Shown: positions 41,501 through 49,823 of the stretch, piece after piece
Position numbering within the stretch: position 1 is the first letter of the stretch
How the letters are laid out: the number at the start of each line of letters is the position of its first letter
Origin: Polyangia bacterium
GTDB lineage: Bacteria; Myxococcota_A; Polyangia; JAAYKL01
NCBI GenBank assembly: GCA_050287845.1
Contig: JBNKCR010000006.1
Location: 1-58,211, forward strand
DNA: 58,211 bases
Direction: 5' to 3'
Notes under the pieces: generated by a model
The model's database searches: none
What the model was told of the DNA's origin: nothing
Seen by the model: the letters and a program-made list of their open reading frames with translations, nothing else
Made by a program: the position numbers and the translations under genes

Positions 41501-44500
41501 GCCCTGGACGCGCAAACGCAATGGCTTTGCTGCTGCGCTGGGTTTCCTGAGTACAGGCATCCACATACGTGGTTTTCTCCACCAGCAGTCGTTCTTCCAC
41601 GAGGGTGCCCGAGCCTTCAGGGCCACTAACCGAAGGCAGGTGAGTCTGAGAAGTTAAAACGCGATTACACGCATCGTATGTCCATGCCTGTTTACTCAAT
41701 GCCGCGTCGCACGCCGCGTCGCCGTAAAGCGCTGCCGTGCACCCAGCGCCAAAGCTCTGGGTAGTGCTTTGCGTAAGACGTCGCAGGGTCGCCTGGTTCT
41801 TATGAACGGGTGACTCGTCAAATCCCCACGACTGATGGGTAACGCTCAGCATTCTGTCTACGGCGAGGGGAGCTTCATCTCTTGCCGCTGTCCCTTGCGA
41901 AAAGCGCTGGGGGGTCTGCTGCGAAACGGTGTTGAAGCGCGCCAGATTTTCTGCCATCTGTGCCGTTGGTACCGGTCTGTACGTTTCGATAGTGTGAATT
42001 CTGTCGGCCAGATAGCGATCCTCTATGATGGCGCCGGAAAGCGAGTACGTGAACCGCTCCACCACACTGTCTTCATTCGGGACGTCTTTGTCGGCATCAC
42101 CATAAGTGAGCCTTTCCACTTTGCCAAATCCCAGAAATCCACGCTCGACCAGATTGCCATATGGCTGATGATATCGGTACTCTGTAATACGGGCCGGTTC
42201 ATTGCCGTTCGCTGTCAAATGCCGCTTCACCACCGGCCAGGAATACGGCACCGTTCCTGCCGCGAACCCGGATTGCCGCCCGTCGCGTAAAGACTCGTCT
42301 AAAATGCTACTGTAGTGAACCCCATGGTGCAGGCCCTCACCCTCATGGATTTCGGTCAGCAACGCCGGGGGCGCCTGTTTTACGCCCAGATAGGTGCTGA
42401 AATCCACGATTTTGAGAGTGCCGCCCATCTCTCCCGGTTCAAACACCACAATATCCTCAGCACCGTCTCCATCAATATCCATCGCGCGGCTGTTGTAGCG
42501 ATTGGTGGGATCTACTCTGAGTGGCTCAGGCAGCTGGTACTCGCCAATAAAGTCGTATCCCTGCCGGCCGCCGCCCAGCCATACGCGCAATACGTCAGAA
42601 GACGCGCCCAGATCCACCAGGTCTGCCAGGTGATCCCGGTTGACATCCATGACCCACAGGGCGTGAAGGTTGGATACCGATTCAATGCCGTCTGCGGCCA
42701 TAAAATACCCGGTGCCACACTGGGGATCATTTGCCGACTGATCGCCAAAAAACGTGAGGTCTTTTGCCCACAGCAGCTGCTGGTCCACGTTGCTGCGCAG
42801 TTTGCCCCGGTTTTCAAATACGCACAGGCCGCTCTGGCCGCCTGTAAGGGTTTTGAGAACCACAAAATCCACCAGACCATCGCCGTTGACATCCACAAAC
42901 CGGTTGTGGGCGCGGGAAAGCGACGGGTTGAAACCGTCCAGCGTGGGAAACGCAAAAGCGGCAGCGAACTCCATAAACGACACGCCATCGTCGTTGGACC
43001 CGGTCCCGTTAATCAAAAACGTCCAGCGGGCGGCGTTGCCGGAACCTGTGGCCATCACCAAATCGAAACGGGAATCCCCATTGAGGTCTACGATTTGGAC
43101 ACGGCCATTCTTAAAGTAATCAAGGGGAAACTGCGACGCAAAAGCAGGTCCGGCTGCGCCGTAGGTGTAGGCCCCATCGGTACTGATTTGACCTGGATAC
43201 AGCCATATTCTGGATGGCATCGCGGTGCTGTTGTTCTGCTCAATCTGCAGCAAATCATCCACACCGTTGCCATCGAAATCCCCTGGCAGCCATACATTGC
43301 CCGATGCTTCCCGGAAACTGGGATAAAAATCTCCGGTCATTGTTTTGCGCTGAAGTGTAATTGCTTTTGGCGTGGTCCACGGATTATCCGTCATTTCGCC
43401 ACGGTTTAAGGACACCAGCGTTTGTGCCCCATCGGCCGAGCTTTTGAGCAGGTCGGTTAGACCGTCGCCATTTACGTCGAGAAGTTCGGTGCCATAGGCC
43501 GGCCCAAGGCCCGACGCATTGGGCAGTTCAATCTGCTGAATACGGGGTTCAAGGGTGGAGACACCTGTGTATTCAAAGCGAATGAGCGGCCATTGCCCGG
43601 TATCGCCACTGACAGGTGAATCACCCGCACCCACCCGATAAATGCCGGCGAGAGAATTGTTCGCAATGAACGGCGCCGCGCTGCTGGAAAAATCGTCCCT
43701 GGCGAGGTCAATAACATCCGGGTGCGCGAAAATGTCGGTGGTATGAATGTTGGCAGAGCGGTACACAAAATACCAGCGGTGTACGGGTTCACCGTCAAAA
43801 CTGGCGACCAGCTTTGTGTACAGATTGCCCGTCTGCTGTTTAAAGCCGCTCTGATAGCTTGTACCGGTATAGGGCGCCGTCTGGCGCGCCATGGTCAGTT
43901 TATACTCCGAACGTCCGCCGGCAAAGCGCACGCTTTCCAGATACACCCGGTTGTCCGTCGCGTCTTTGGTCCACCGGTATTCAATCAGGTCCAGATTGGG
44001 GGCAATGCGATAGCGCAGGGGAAAGCGGGTTGCCGAATACACCCTGGCGCCGCTGCTGCCGGGAAAACTGTCGCCTTCAGATTGGTCCGGGTCTTCAGTA
44101 TATATCTCCTGGGTGCCATCGGGAAACAGCACCAAAAATCCGCGAAATGATACGGTGTGTTCAAGTGTGTTGATGTTTGTTGGCTCACTGTAATACAGCA
44201 CCCGGGTGGCATCATCCGAGGCATCCAGTCGATACGCCACCGCATTGGGCTTGCCAGCCTCCTGAAATGTGCCCTGATATACCAGTCGACTGTTCCCTAA
44301 AGTGACCCTTGCGGGGAAAGGGTCGGCCTGTGTGGTTTTAGGCAGCGGCACGCCGTAGTCGTTGCTGACTGAAATTGAAGGCGCATCCATAAAAAAACCA
44401 ATGCCGAACCCGCCCCCCACATCCACATTGGCGCCGCTGAATGCCAACCCGATATTCGGATCAAGTCCCGCGCGATTTGGCAGGGGCGGCAACGGCAGGG

Positions 44501-44747
44501 CCACCTGAAGCTGCCCGCTGGAAGGGTCGACAGCGACATTTAAATCCGCGCCATCGGCCGCTTCCGGCAATGCCATATTGCCAGAACCGCTCCCCCCGGC
44601 GTCTCCCATGGCGGCACTGTTTTTGTTGCCGCTTTTTTGCGTCAATGACGCCCGTGCAGTTGATGAGATTAGGGACTCTTTTTGAGTGTCGTGACATCCG
44701 AAAACCAATAAACTCCCGAGCAAAATGATAAACTGGTACATTCGCAT
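38523..44747 (-). CDS. SpvB / FG-GAP / TcdB-midN / RHS toxin (TcB-TcC-like fusion) with lipoprotein-type signal and C-terminal toxin domain
   Basis: LLVFGC; SpvB-like SGQLQVALPL...RAGLDPNIGLAF...FGIGF; six DxNGDG-type repeats; ERGFLGFGKV; YD repeats; RHS core GARDY...FVTPDP...YTYVGHDPVNFVDESG; 139-aa tip. Confidence 0.9.
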   Translation of the reverse strand: MRMYQFIILLGSLLVFGCHDTQKESLISSTARASLTQKSGNKNSAAMGDAGGSGSGNMALPEAADGADLNVAVDPSSGQLQVALPLPPLPNRAGLDPNIGLAFSGANVDVGGGFGIGFFMDAPSISVSNDYGVPLPKTTQADPFPARVTLGNSRLVYQGTFQEAGKPNAVAYRLDASDDATRVLYYSEPTNINTLEHTVSFRGFLVLFPDGTQEIYTEDPDQSEGDSFPGSSGARVYSATRFPLRYRIAPNLDLIEYRWTKDATDNRVYLESVRFAGGRSEYKLTMARQTAPYTGTSYQSGFKQQTGNLYTKLVASFDGEPVHRWYFVYRSANIHTTDIFAHPDVIDLARDDFSSSAAPFIANNSLAGIYRVGAGDSPVSGDTGQWPLIRFEYTGVSTLEPRIQQIELPNASGLGPAYGTELLDVNGDGLTDLLKSSADGAQTLVSLNRGEMTDNPWTTPKAITLQRKTMTGDFYPSFREASGNVWLPGDFDGNGVDDLLQIEQNNSTAMPSRIWLYPGQISTDGAYTYGAAGPAFASQFPLDYFKNGRVQIVDLNGDSRFDLVMATGSGNAARWTFLINGTGSNDDGVSFMEFAAAFAFPTLDGFNPSLSRAHNRFVDVNGDGLVDFVVLKTLTGGQSGLCVFENRGKLRSNVDQQLLWAKDLTFFGDQSANDPQCGTGYFMAADGIESVSNLHALWVMDVNRDHLADLVDLGASSDVLRVWLGGGRQGYDFIGEYQLPEPLRVDPTNRYNSRAMDIDGDGAEDIVVFEPGEMGGTLKIVDFSTYLGVKQAPPALLTEIHEGEGLHHGVHYSSILDESLRDGRQSGFAAGTVPYSWPVVKRHLTANGNEPARITEYRYHQPYGNLVERGFLGFGKVERLTYGDADKDVPNEDSVVERFTYSLSGAIIEDRYLADRIHTIETYRPVPTAQMAENLARFNTVSQQTPQRFSQGTAARDEAPLAVDRMLSVTHQSWGFDESPVHKNQATLRRLTQSTTQSFGAGCTAALYGDAACDAALSKQAWTYDACNRVLTSQTHLPSVSGPEGSGTLVEERLLVEKTTYVDACTQETQRSSKAIAFARPGQKMLTDDTGQTLGHTEYSYETPMPYPASVTETVFTDTRDIPEQLQSELPAERRHRVSYAYDAYKNILLQQDDIGVMQQLVYDDTGVRLTAERNDLGHTTQIDYSPGYLSATQITTPQGETQTIAYDSLQRPVLLTSSEGNQTRIAYRKADASGVQLQLIREVTTDTLESQKLLAFWADGVPIGVAGDNAAGQTRVDRHVVYGRRGSPVADLIPYQTDQLPADYFSAGVFPAAPWIIECATGVARCMGYDALGRIAREQNVTGLHQSTYTYETWGVDRQESIDGQIQHRSYVGRTNETYAIIDERDAVFNFTRDALGNLLSIRLPLEQTPRPMRHDSAGNLVWTSIPGGLSRVWMRDERGRTVQQMSHDRDLSSWERIAFEYDTLDRPVRAEQIRGKGDEATESVEVSEWYYDGAAEDDASQIGRMVRAVATDNLLGRTYEEQFSYDKQGRLRRHLSTLDGVETPRSYEASYVYSQGGLLLSYTDPFGNELSHLRAASGDLTGIIWSSEKTTAPLMDHVTYNARNQVTSFSTPYDGLIHTAAYDTSTGWLLGGQICKDASETCVQQTSYTHRADGRLTFVRDGDFTMSFAYSPRKELAKTQWGDHTFSNTYDAAGHAITLGDIPGGEFSREDLPVALPTDGSCQLDGFGRVKSCGNLRNIDYDPQGRIRKIELPDKHLAFGYSALGRRISRDSGGEDTLVTYPTATTRDNGQERQSLIRVDGKRLALIVNGERVYSLLTNQVGAVEGVVGEDGSAVIGSWRFTPYGHIGDTDNREQVPLSSMELVASFTGQVADEESGLVLMGARDYLPGIGAFVTPDPWFLANPEECVGSTLECNLYTYVGHDPVNFVDESGFEKHHKNAHKIHTVSKNKISSSTKKYKQIALGKDLAIGGLKALAKKTGASAYPSWAKDGITRRTVTNRFGRALHDAVKRADRIHFSLDGIPDPSAAVNAGARGFTKGNITHAELHYIANTPSALAKTTFYRNNKAVESPF

Positions 44748-44805
44748 GGTATTTCTCCTCCGTAAGTTCGTCGGTTAGTGTTTTAATTTGTAATACCCGA
44801 TGTGT

Positions 44806-45822
44806 TTACTTCAGAGCAGCCCATGCGGGCGCCAGCCGGCTGGTTGCGGCCAGATATTTTTTAATGGGTACTTCGACGGTACGGTTTTTAAATTGAGCAA
44901 TGCCGTCAACCTCACTGTTGAGAGAGCCATCGTCATTGATTGGCAGTTTACCTGTTTGAAACAGCATCGTCCTGGCAGATTCACGCTGCAAAAACGCCCG
45001 CAACTTCAATGCGGCCTGACGTGTTGGATTATCCACATTATCGTCAATATACAGGCCGTATGTTCTGCGGGGCGACAGCACGCCCTTGTTACCCTGCAAT
45101 ACGGGAATAAGCGACACCGCCAGGTTTTCCCTCAAACTGACTGCAAGGTCCGGGATACGCCATTCACCCACCAGGGCAAATGCGGTTTGCCCGTTCGCCA
45201 TCAAGTCAACCACACATTCGGTTAAACAGTTTTTTGGGGAAAGGTCCTGCCCGAAAATATCATCCGCAATCATCTTTCGGGCACTGGCATCCATCGGCGC
45301 TGCGATGTCGGCGCCATCCATATCCAACAGCGATCGGGTAAGGAACGGGATAATACCATACGACTCATTCGGCAGGGAGATGCCATACCGGACGCTATTT
45401 GATGCCTTCAGCCGAACTGCTTCGGCCACCACCTGCTCAAAGGATTCCGGCGGTGTTTTTACATGAACGCGATTGTAAACAAGAACAATATAATCCCCAT
45501 AAAAAAGCGGAGTGGCGCCTGGCAGTACATCAATGCCGCCAAGAACGACGCCCCGATTCTGCAGCTGGTTTGTCTCTTGCGAGGCATTGAAACGAACCGA
45601 CACATTGATTTTGGGATGCTGTTCATTAAACTGTTTAATTACCCCGGCTATCTGGTCACTGAATACCGGGCTAATCGTTTGGGTCAAACTGATTTCCAGA
45701 GGTAGCGTTTCCCTGAGTTTTTCCTTTGGCGTCCGCACCATGATTTCCATGCACACCCATACCAACCCCGTCAATGCGACAAATCCCAAAAAGATAAAGT
45801 AAAGTTTATAATTACGTCTCAT
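44806..45822 (-). CDS. Membrane-anchored extracellular solute-binding-like protein
   Basis: N-terminal TM; IKQFNEQHPKINV, LVYNR..VKTPPESFEQV, NGQTAFALVGEW resemble sugar-binding SBP family 1. Confidence 0.7.
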   Translation of the reverse strand: MRRNYKLYFIFLGFVALTGLVWVCMEIMVRTPKEKLRETLPLEISLTQTISPVFSDQIAGVIKQFNEQHPKINVSVRFNASQETNQLQNRGVVLGGIDVLPGATPLFYGDYIVLVYNRVHVKTPPESFEQVVAEAVRLKASNSVRYGISLPNESYGIIPFLTRSLLDMDGADIAAPMDASARKMIADDIFGQDLSPKNCLTECVVDLMANGQTAFALVGEWRIPDLAVSLRENLAVSLIPVLQGNKGVLSPRRTYGLYIDDNVDNPTRQAALKLRAFLQRESARTMLFQTGKLPINDDGSLNSEVDGIAQFKNRTVEVPIKKYLAATSRLAPAWAALK

Positions 45823-45860
45823 TTTTCCATCAACCCTTTCTCAGTCGATACGCGCGCTGA

Positions 45861-48341
45861 TTACTCAATCTCTTTGCATGTGCCTGGCATGTAGGAGTAC
45901 TGCAGTTCAACGTCACACCCGGCCTGCGGGGCGTCGGCAATATTGCAAAACCAGGGCGCGTCAACGAATCTGACAGTGGGCCCGACGTAGCAATCCAAAA
46001 GATTGTCCATGCCGATAATATCAGTGGCGGAAAAGCGAAGGCGCCCGCTGGAGGACGCTTTCACCACACGGCTGTCGTTTGTAAACAGCTCCGGTGTGCC
46101 TTTCTGGTTCCAACTGAATTCAGTAAACAGCGACAGCATATCATCGTGATCTTCGTCATTCCCATCCGGTGGTGTATGGGGGCTGCTCCACGATATACCA
46201 ACGGGACTGGACACCTGAATGTCAGCCAAAAATCCCTGACTCCCCCGGTCGTGTAATCGAATGGCGGAAAACGCCTTTGAATTGCTCACCAGGGAACGGC
46301 CTTTTAAGTCTTTTAAAAGGGAGCGGTCAATGTCTGCAAACGGCAATGTGGCCACAACGCTGCTTTTTGCTGAAACAATTCGGTCTCCCACAATGGCCAG
46401 CTTTGTTCTGCGTCCATCAATGGCTCGGGTAAATGTTTTCACACCGGTTTTGTACAATACGACTGTACTGTCGGTGGCACTGATGCCACTGTAGAACATG
46501 GTGCCGTTCGAAGTCGTCTGTGTGGCGTCACTGACGTCATTGTTTGTCTGTTGCGTGTCAACGGTCACATGTTCGACTCTCACGTTGGCACCGCCAGTCA
46601 CTTCAAGAACACTGCGATTGATGGCGCGAATTGGCGTGTCATCGGACGTGTCGGATTTCTTTGGCAGAAAGTTAAGGTGCTCTATTGAAAACGTGAGTTC
46701 TCCATCCAGCTCGAACACGGGAATGGGTGACTGGTATGTGTACCAGTCCTCATGCTCAGCGACAATTTGGGTATCGGATGTGGCGCCGACAATTTCAACG
46801 GTGTGAATGGTCTGACGATTGGCCTCAGAAAACCGTTCGGGGGAAATTCGAAGCGGTCGGCTTTTTGATGTGATATCTTCTTTCACCACAATCCGCAAAA
46901 CGCCTTCACCGTTCTGGCAACTGCGCCTCACTTCGTTTGCCAAATCGTAATCCCCCAGATTGAATTCGCCCCAATAGTTGTTGGGAATTTCAACGACACA
47001 TCGATTTTCAATGGGACATGGTAAATGCTTTGCGGCCAGTTGCAGCGCCGCATCGTTATTGTAAGCATCTTCCCATGCACGGGCAAATCCCTTTGGCTGT
47101 GCCGTCACTTCCGGCAGTCCCAGGGCATCTTCCCATTTGGGGCCAACGGTACAATGCGCCAGCTCCCATCCCAAATCATTGACACGGAAGGCGCCGGTAT
47201 CATCGGTGCGATGTCGTTTAATTCGCCGCTGGGTGGCGCCATTTATGGCCATCTGGGCTTCAATGAACAGCTGTTCGTCGCTGCCGGCATCCAGGTAGTC
47301 GAGCCCGCCATTGGCGTTGCGCCATCCATGCAGCGGAAAGTCAGTGGAACACAGGGATGGCGTACTGCAAAAATCGAATACCAGTTGCGGATATTCAAGT
47401 TCAATGACGTCATCTGTGATTAGTTCGGCACTCTCTGGCAGGGTAAGCCAGTCGCGCACTGGTGACCAGATCCGCTGGGCAACTTCGGGAGAGTTGTCAT
47501 CGTATTCCTGAAGGAGCTGATTGATATCTGTACCGTTGACTCGGTGCAGGTACAAGGAGACAGCGCCGTTGGTCAGCTTTAGCAGCGGCGCATAAAAGCC
47601 AACGTAAATCACACTGCCTGACCAGTCGCCGCGCTCGGGCGCGGCCAGCTGAGAACCGCATGATAATTCAACAGCGTCAACCATATCAGCTGAATCCATT
47701 TCTTTAAGGGCGCCCTCGTCCAATACCATCTTTCTGGCCGCCGCCTGGATGTGAAAGTGATTGAGAAACTGGGGACATCTTTTGACAGGGATAGCCAAAA
47801 CCGACCCGAGTGCATTGGATGCAGCGTCAGCATCCGGGGGGGGCAATGTAGCGGCTTCACTGACTGCCGGCGAATCCACTGTCGTCTCTGTGTAGTCGGT
47901 ATCCCCCAACGGGGCGACCGTATCTGATGGAATCTGGTGTGGTGAACGTATATAAAACAACTCACCGTCAGGACTGATACCCAAAAGCTCCGGTATTGTC
48001 TGGTTGGGATGCAGCGTCCACCCGTCCAGGGTACTGGCCTGAGCCAACGGATTGTCTCCCCAGTAATAATCTTTGCTGTGTTTAGCGGCATATACCCTTA
48101 AAAGCCGTTGCACCATATCCAGCGTGTACGTGGCGTCCACCGTCATTCGGTATACCATCCCTGATGGTTGAGGGAATAAAATGTCGTATTGTTCGGTCCC
48201 GGAATTGGTCAACGTAATGAAAATTTCAGGTGCCGGTTCCGCACTGGCGTCAGTATCACCAGGCAGGTATTCCTGCGCCAGAAGGGGCATGCCGACTACT
48301 GAAAGAAGCATGCTCAGAATGATAAAGAGATAAGACTTCAT
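45861..48341 (-). CDS. Large secreted hypothetical protein, possible C-terminal beta-helix
   Basis: 826-aa ORF; signal peptide MKSYLFIILSMLLSVVGMPLLA; beta-strand-rich C-terminal third. Confidence 0.8.
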   Translation of the reverse strand: MKSYLFIILSMLLSVVGMPLLAQEYLPGDTDASAEPAPEIFITLTNSGTEQYDILFPQPSGMVYRMTVDATYTLDMVQRLLRVYAAKHSKDYYWGDNPLAQASTLDGWTLHPNQTIPELLGISPDGELFYIRSPHQIPSDTVAPLGDTDYTETTVDSPAVSEAATLPPPDADAASNALGSVLAIPVKRCPQFLNHFHIQAAARKMVLDEGALKEMDSADMVDAVELSCGSQLAAPERGDWSGSVIYVGFYAPLLKLTNGAVSLYLHRVNGTDINQLLQEYDDNSPEVAQRIWSPVRDWLTLPESAELITDDVIELEYPQLVFDFCSTPSLCSTDFPLHGWRNANGGLDYLDAGSDEQLFIEAQMAINGATQRRIKRHRTDDTGAFRVNDLGWELAHCTVGPKWEDALGLPEVTAQPKGFARAWEDAYNNDAALQLAAKHLPCPIENRCVVEIPNNYWGEFNLGDYDLANEVRRSCQNGEGVLRIVVKEDITSKSRPLRISPERFSEANRQTIHTVEIVGATSDTQIVAEHEDWYTYQSPIPVFELDGELTFSIEHLNFLPKKSDTSDDTPIRAINRSVLEVTGGANVRVEHVTVDTQQTNNDVSDATQTTSNGTMFYSGISATDSTVVLYKTGVKTFTRAIDGRRTKLAIVGDRIVSAKSSVVATLPFADIDRSLLKDLKGRSLVSNSKAFSAIRLHDRGSQGFLADIQVSSPVGISWSSPHTPPDGNDEDHDDMLSLFTEFSWNQKGTPELFTNDSRVVKASSSGRLRFSATDIIGMDNLLDCYVGPTVRFVDAPWFCNIADAPQAGCDVELQYSYMPGTCKEIE

Positions 48342-48354
48342 GGGTCACCCTTTC

Positions 48355-49818
48355 TTAGTTTGATGCGCATTCTGCAGTATCAAAAGTAAAACCGGCTGCG
48401 CGACATATGGTGTCGGTTGTCTCTCCCGCAACGATTTTTTGATTTGTCAAATCCAGCCCACACAAAGCGTTGTTGACGCCAAGCGGCTGTCCGTTTGTAT
48501 CGAGGGCATTGCAGGCGTTTCTGAAAAGACGTCTGCGAATCCCCGACGTGCCGTAAATGTCGCAGTAGTAGAGGCTGCACATGCGGTGGATTGCCTTATT
48601 GTTGGCGGTGGTCACGTCGGTATTGATCACCTGTTCAATGGTGCTCAGTTTGTTTAAAAATGAGTTTTGTTCATGCACGCTGTTGGGCGACAGGGTAAAG
48701 ATGGCTCTGGCGTTGTTGATTTTGTCAATCTTATCGGCCAGCACATCTTTCATGTTGACACGCCCTTTCTCAGTATCGATGAACAGGCCATTAATGTAAT
48801 TGTCGATGATATCGATAAGTTTGATGGCCAGCAGCGTGTCCTCATTGTATTCAGCGCTGAGGGCATTCACCCTTGCCGGCAGTGTCTCGCCACTTTCCGA
48901 TATAAACTCACTGGCCAGGGACTTATAGGATTGTTCCACAGCCCCGGCCCGTTCATTAAGGCGATCGAAGGATTTGTTCGAGCCGTCTACAGCGCTTTGG
49001 GCCATCATCACCGACCGTTTTAAAATGGCCGAAAACCCTGGCGCCCTGTTGGACGTTGCGCCCGCTACTTCAAAATAGTTGGGGATAACTTTGTCGGTTA
49101 TTTCCTTTGCCAGCGTCTTTATCTCTTCCCTGGTCTGCATTCTGTCAATCAGACACACGGAACCGCTCATGGTGTCGAGATGATCATCATAACAATCCGC
49201 CATGGATTGGATGTGATCCTCAATACTGAAGTCACTGTCCGGGTAAATCACTTTGCCAATGTCCATGAAGTCCACCTGTCCCAGGCTGGCTTTTGCAGCG
49301 CTGCGGTGGTAGCAAAACTGCCTGGCAAATGCGGCATTATCTTTGATGTCGTCCATTTTGCGACAATGAAGCAATCCTTCAAACAAAAGCGCCAGATTTC
49401 GCTGAGACGGCAGCATCTGGGAGTTCTGGCTTTTCTGCAGCTCATCAATGCCCCTTTCAATTGGGGGCAACTGGGGCATTGAATTGGGAACGACCGTATC
49501 GGCGGCATTCACTTCAATCTGTGAGTCAATGCGGTGAAACAGGCATACCCCGTTGACGAAATGCGCAGGGGACCGAACGCCCCCCCCGGGGTCATAATAT
49601 TTCGAGGAGAGGGTGTTCACCAGGTTGTCGGTGCAGGGCGATTGCCAGAGACTGGTGCGTAAAACTGTGCTTTTGTTCTGAAAATCACACTCATTGATAT
49701 AGCAGGACGTCTCCGCATCTGCCCGGGCCACATGTTGACCCGCAGTTGGAATGAATGAACCAATAAGCAATGCCCAGCATATGGCGTGAATGCGTGTTGA
49801 CTTGTTATTGAGCCGCAT
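48355..49818 (-). CDS. Secreted Cys-containing helical hypothetical protein (487 aa)
   Basis: GGAGGT RBS before ATG 49818; signal peptide ending VARA; paired Cys; helical/coiled middle. Confidence 0.8.
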   Translation of the reverse strand: MRLNNKSTRIHAICWALLIGSFIPTAGQHVARADAETSCYINECDFQNKSTVLRTSLWQSPCTDNLVNTLSSKYYDPGGGVRSPAHFVNGVCLFHRIDSQIEVNAADTVVPNSMPQLPPIERGIDELQKSQNSQMLPSQRNLALLFEGLLHCRKMDDIKDNAAFARQFCYHRSAAKASLGQVDFMDIGKVIYPDSDFSIEDHIQSMADCYDDHLDTMSGSVCLIDRMQTREEIKTLAKEITDKVIPNYFEVAGATSNRAPGFSAILKRSVMMAQSAVDGSNKSFDRLNERAGAVEQSYKSLASEFISESGETLPARVNALSAEYNEDTLLAIKLIDIIDNYINGLFIDTEKGRVNMKDVLADKIDKINNARAIFTLSPNSVHEQNSFLNKLSTIEQVINTDVTTANNKAIHRMCSLYYCDIYGTSGIRRRLFRNACNALDTNGQPLGVNNALCGLDLTNQKIVAGETTDTICRAAGFTFDTAECASN

Positions 49819-49823
49819 GGCGA

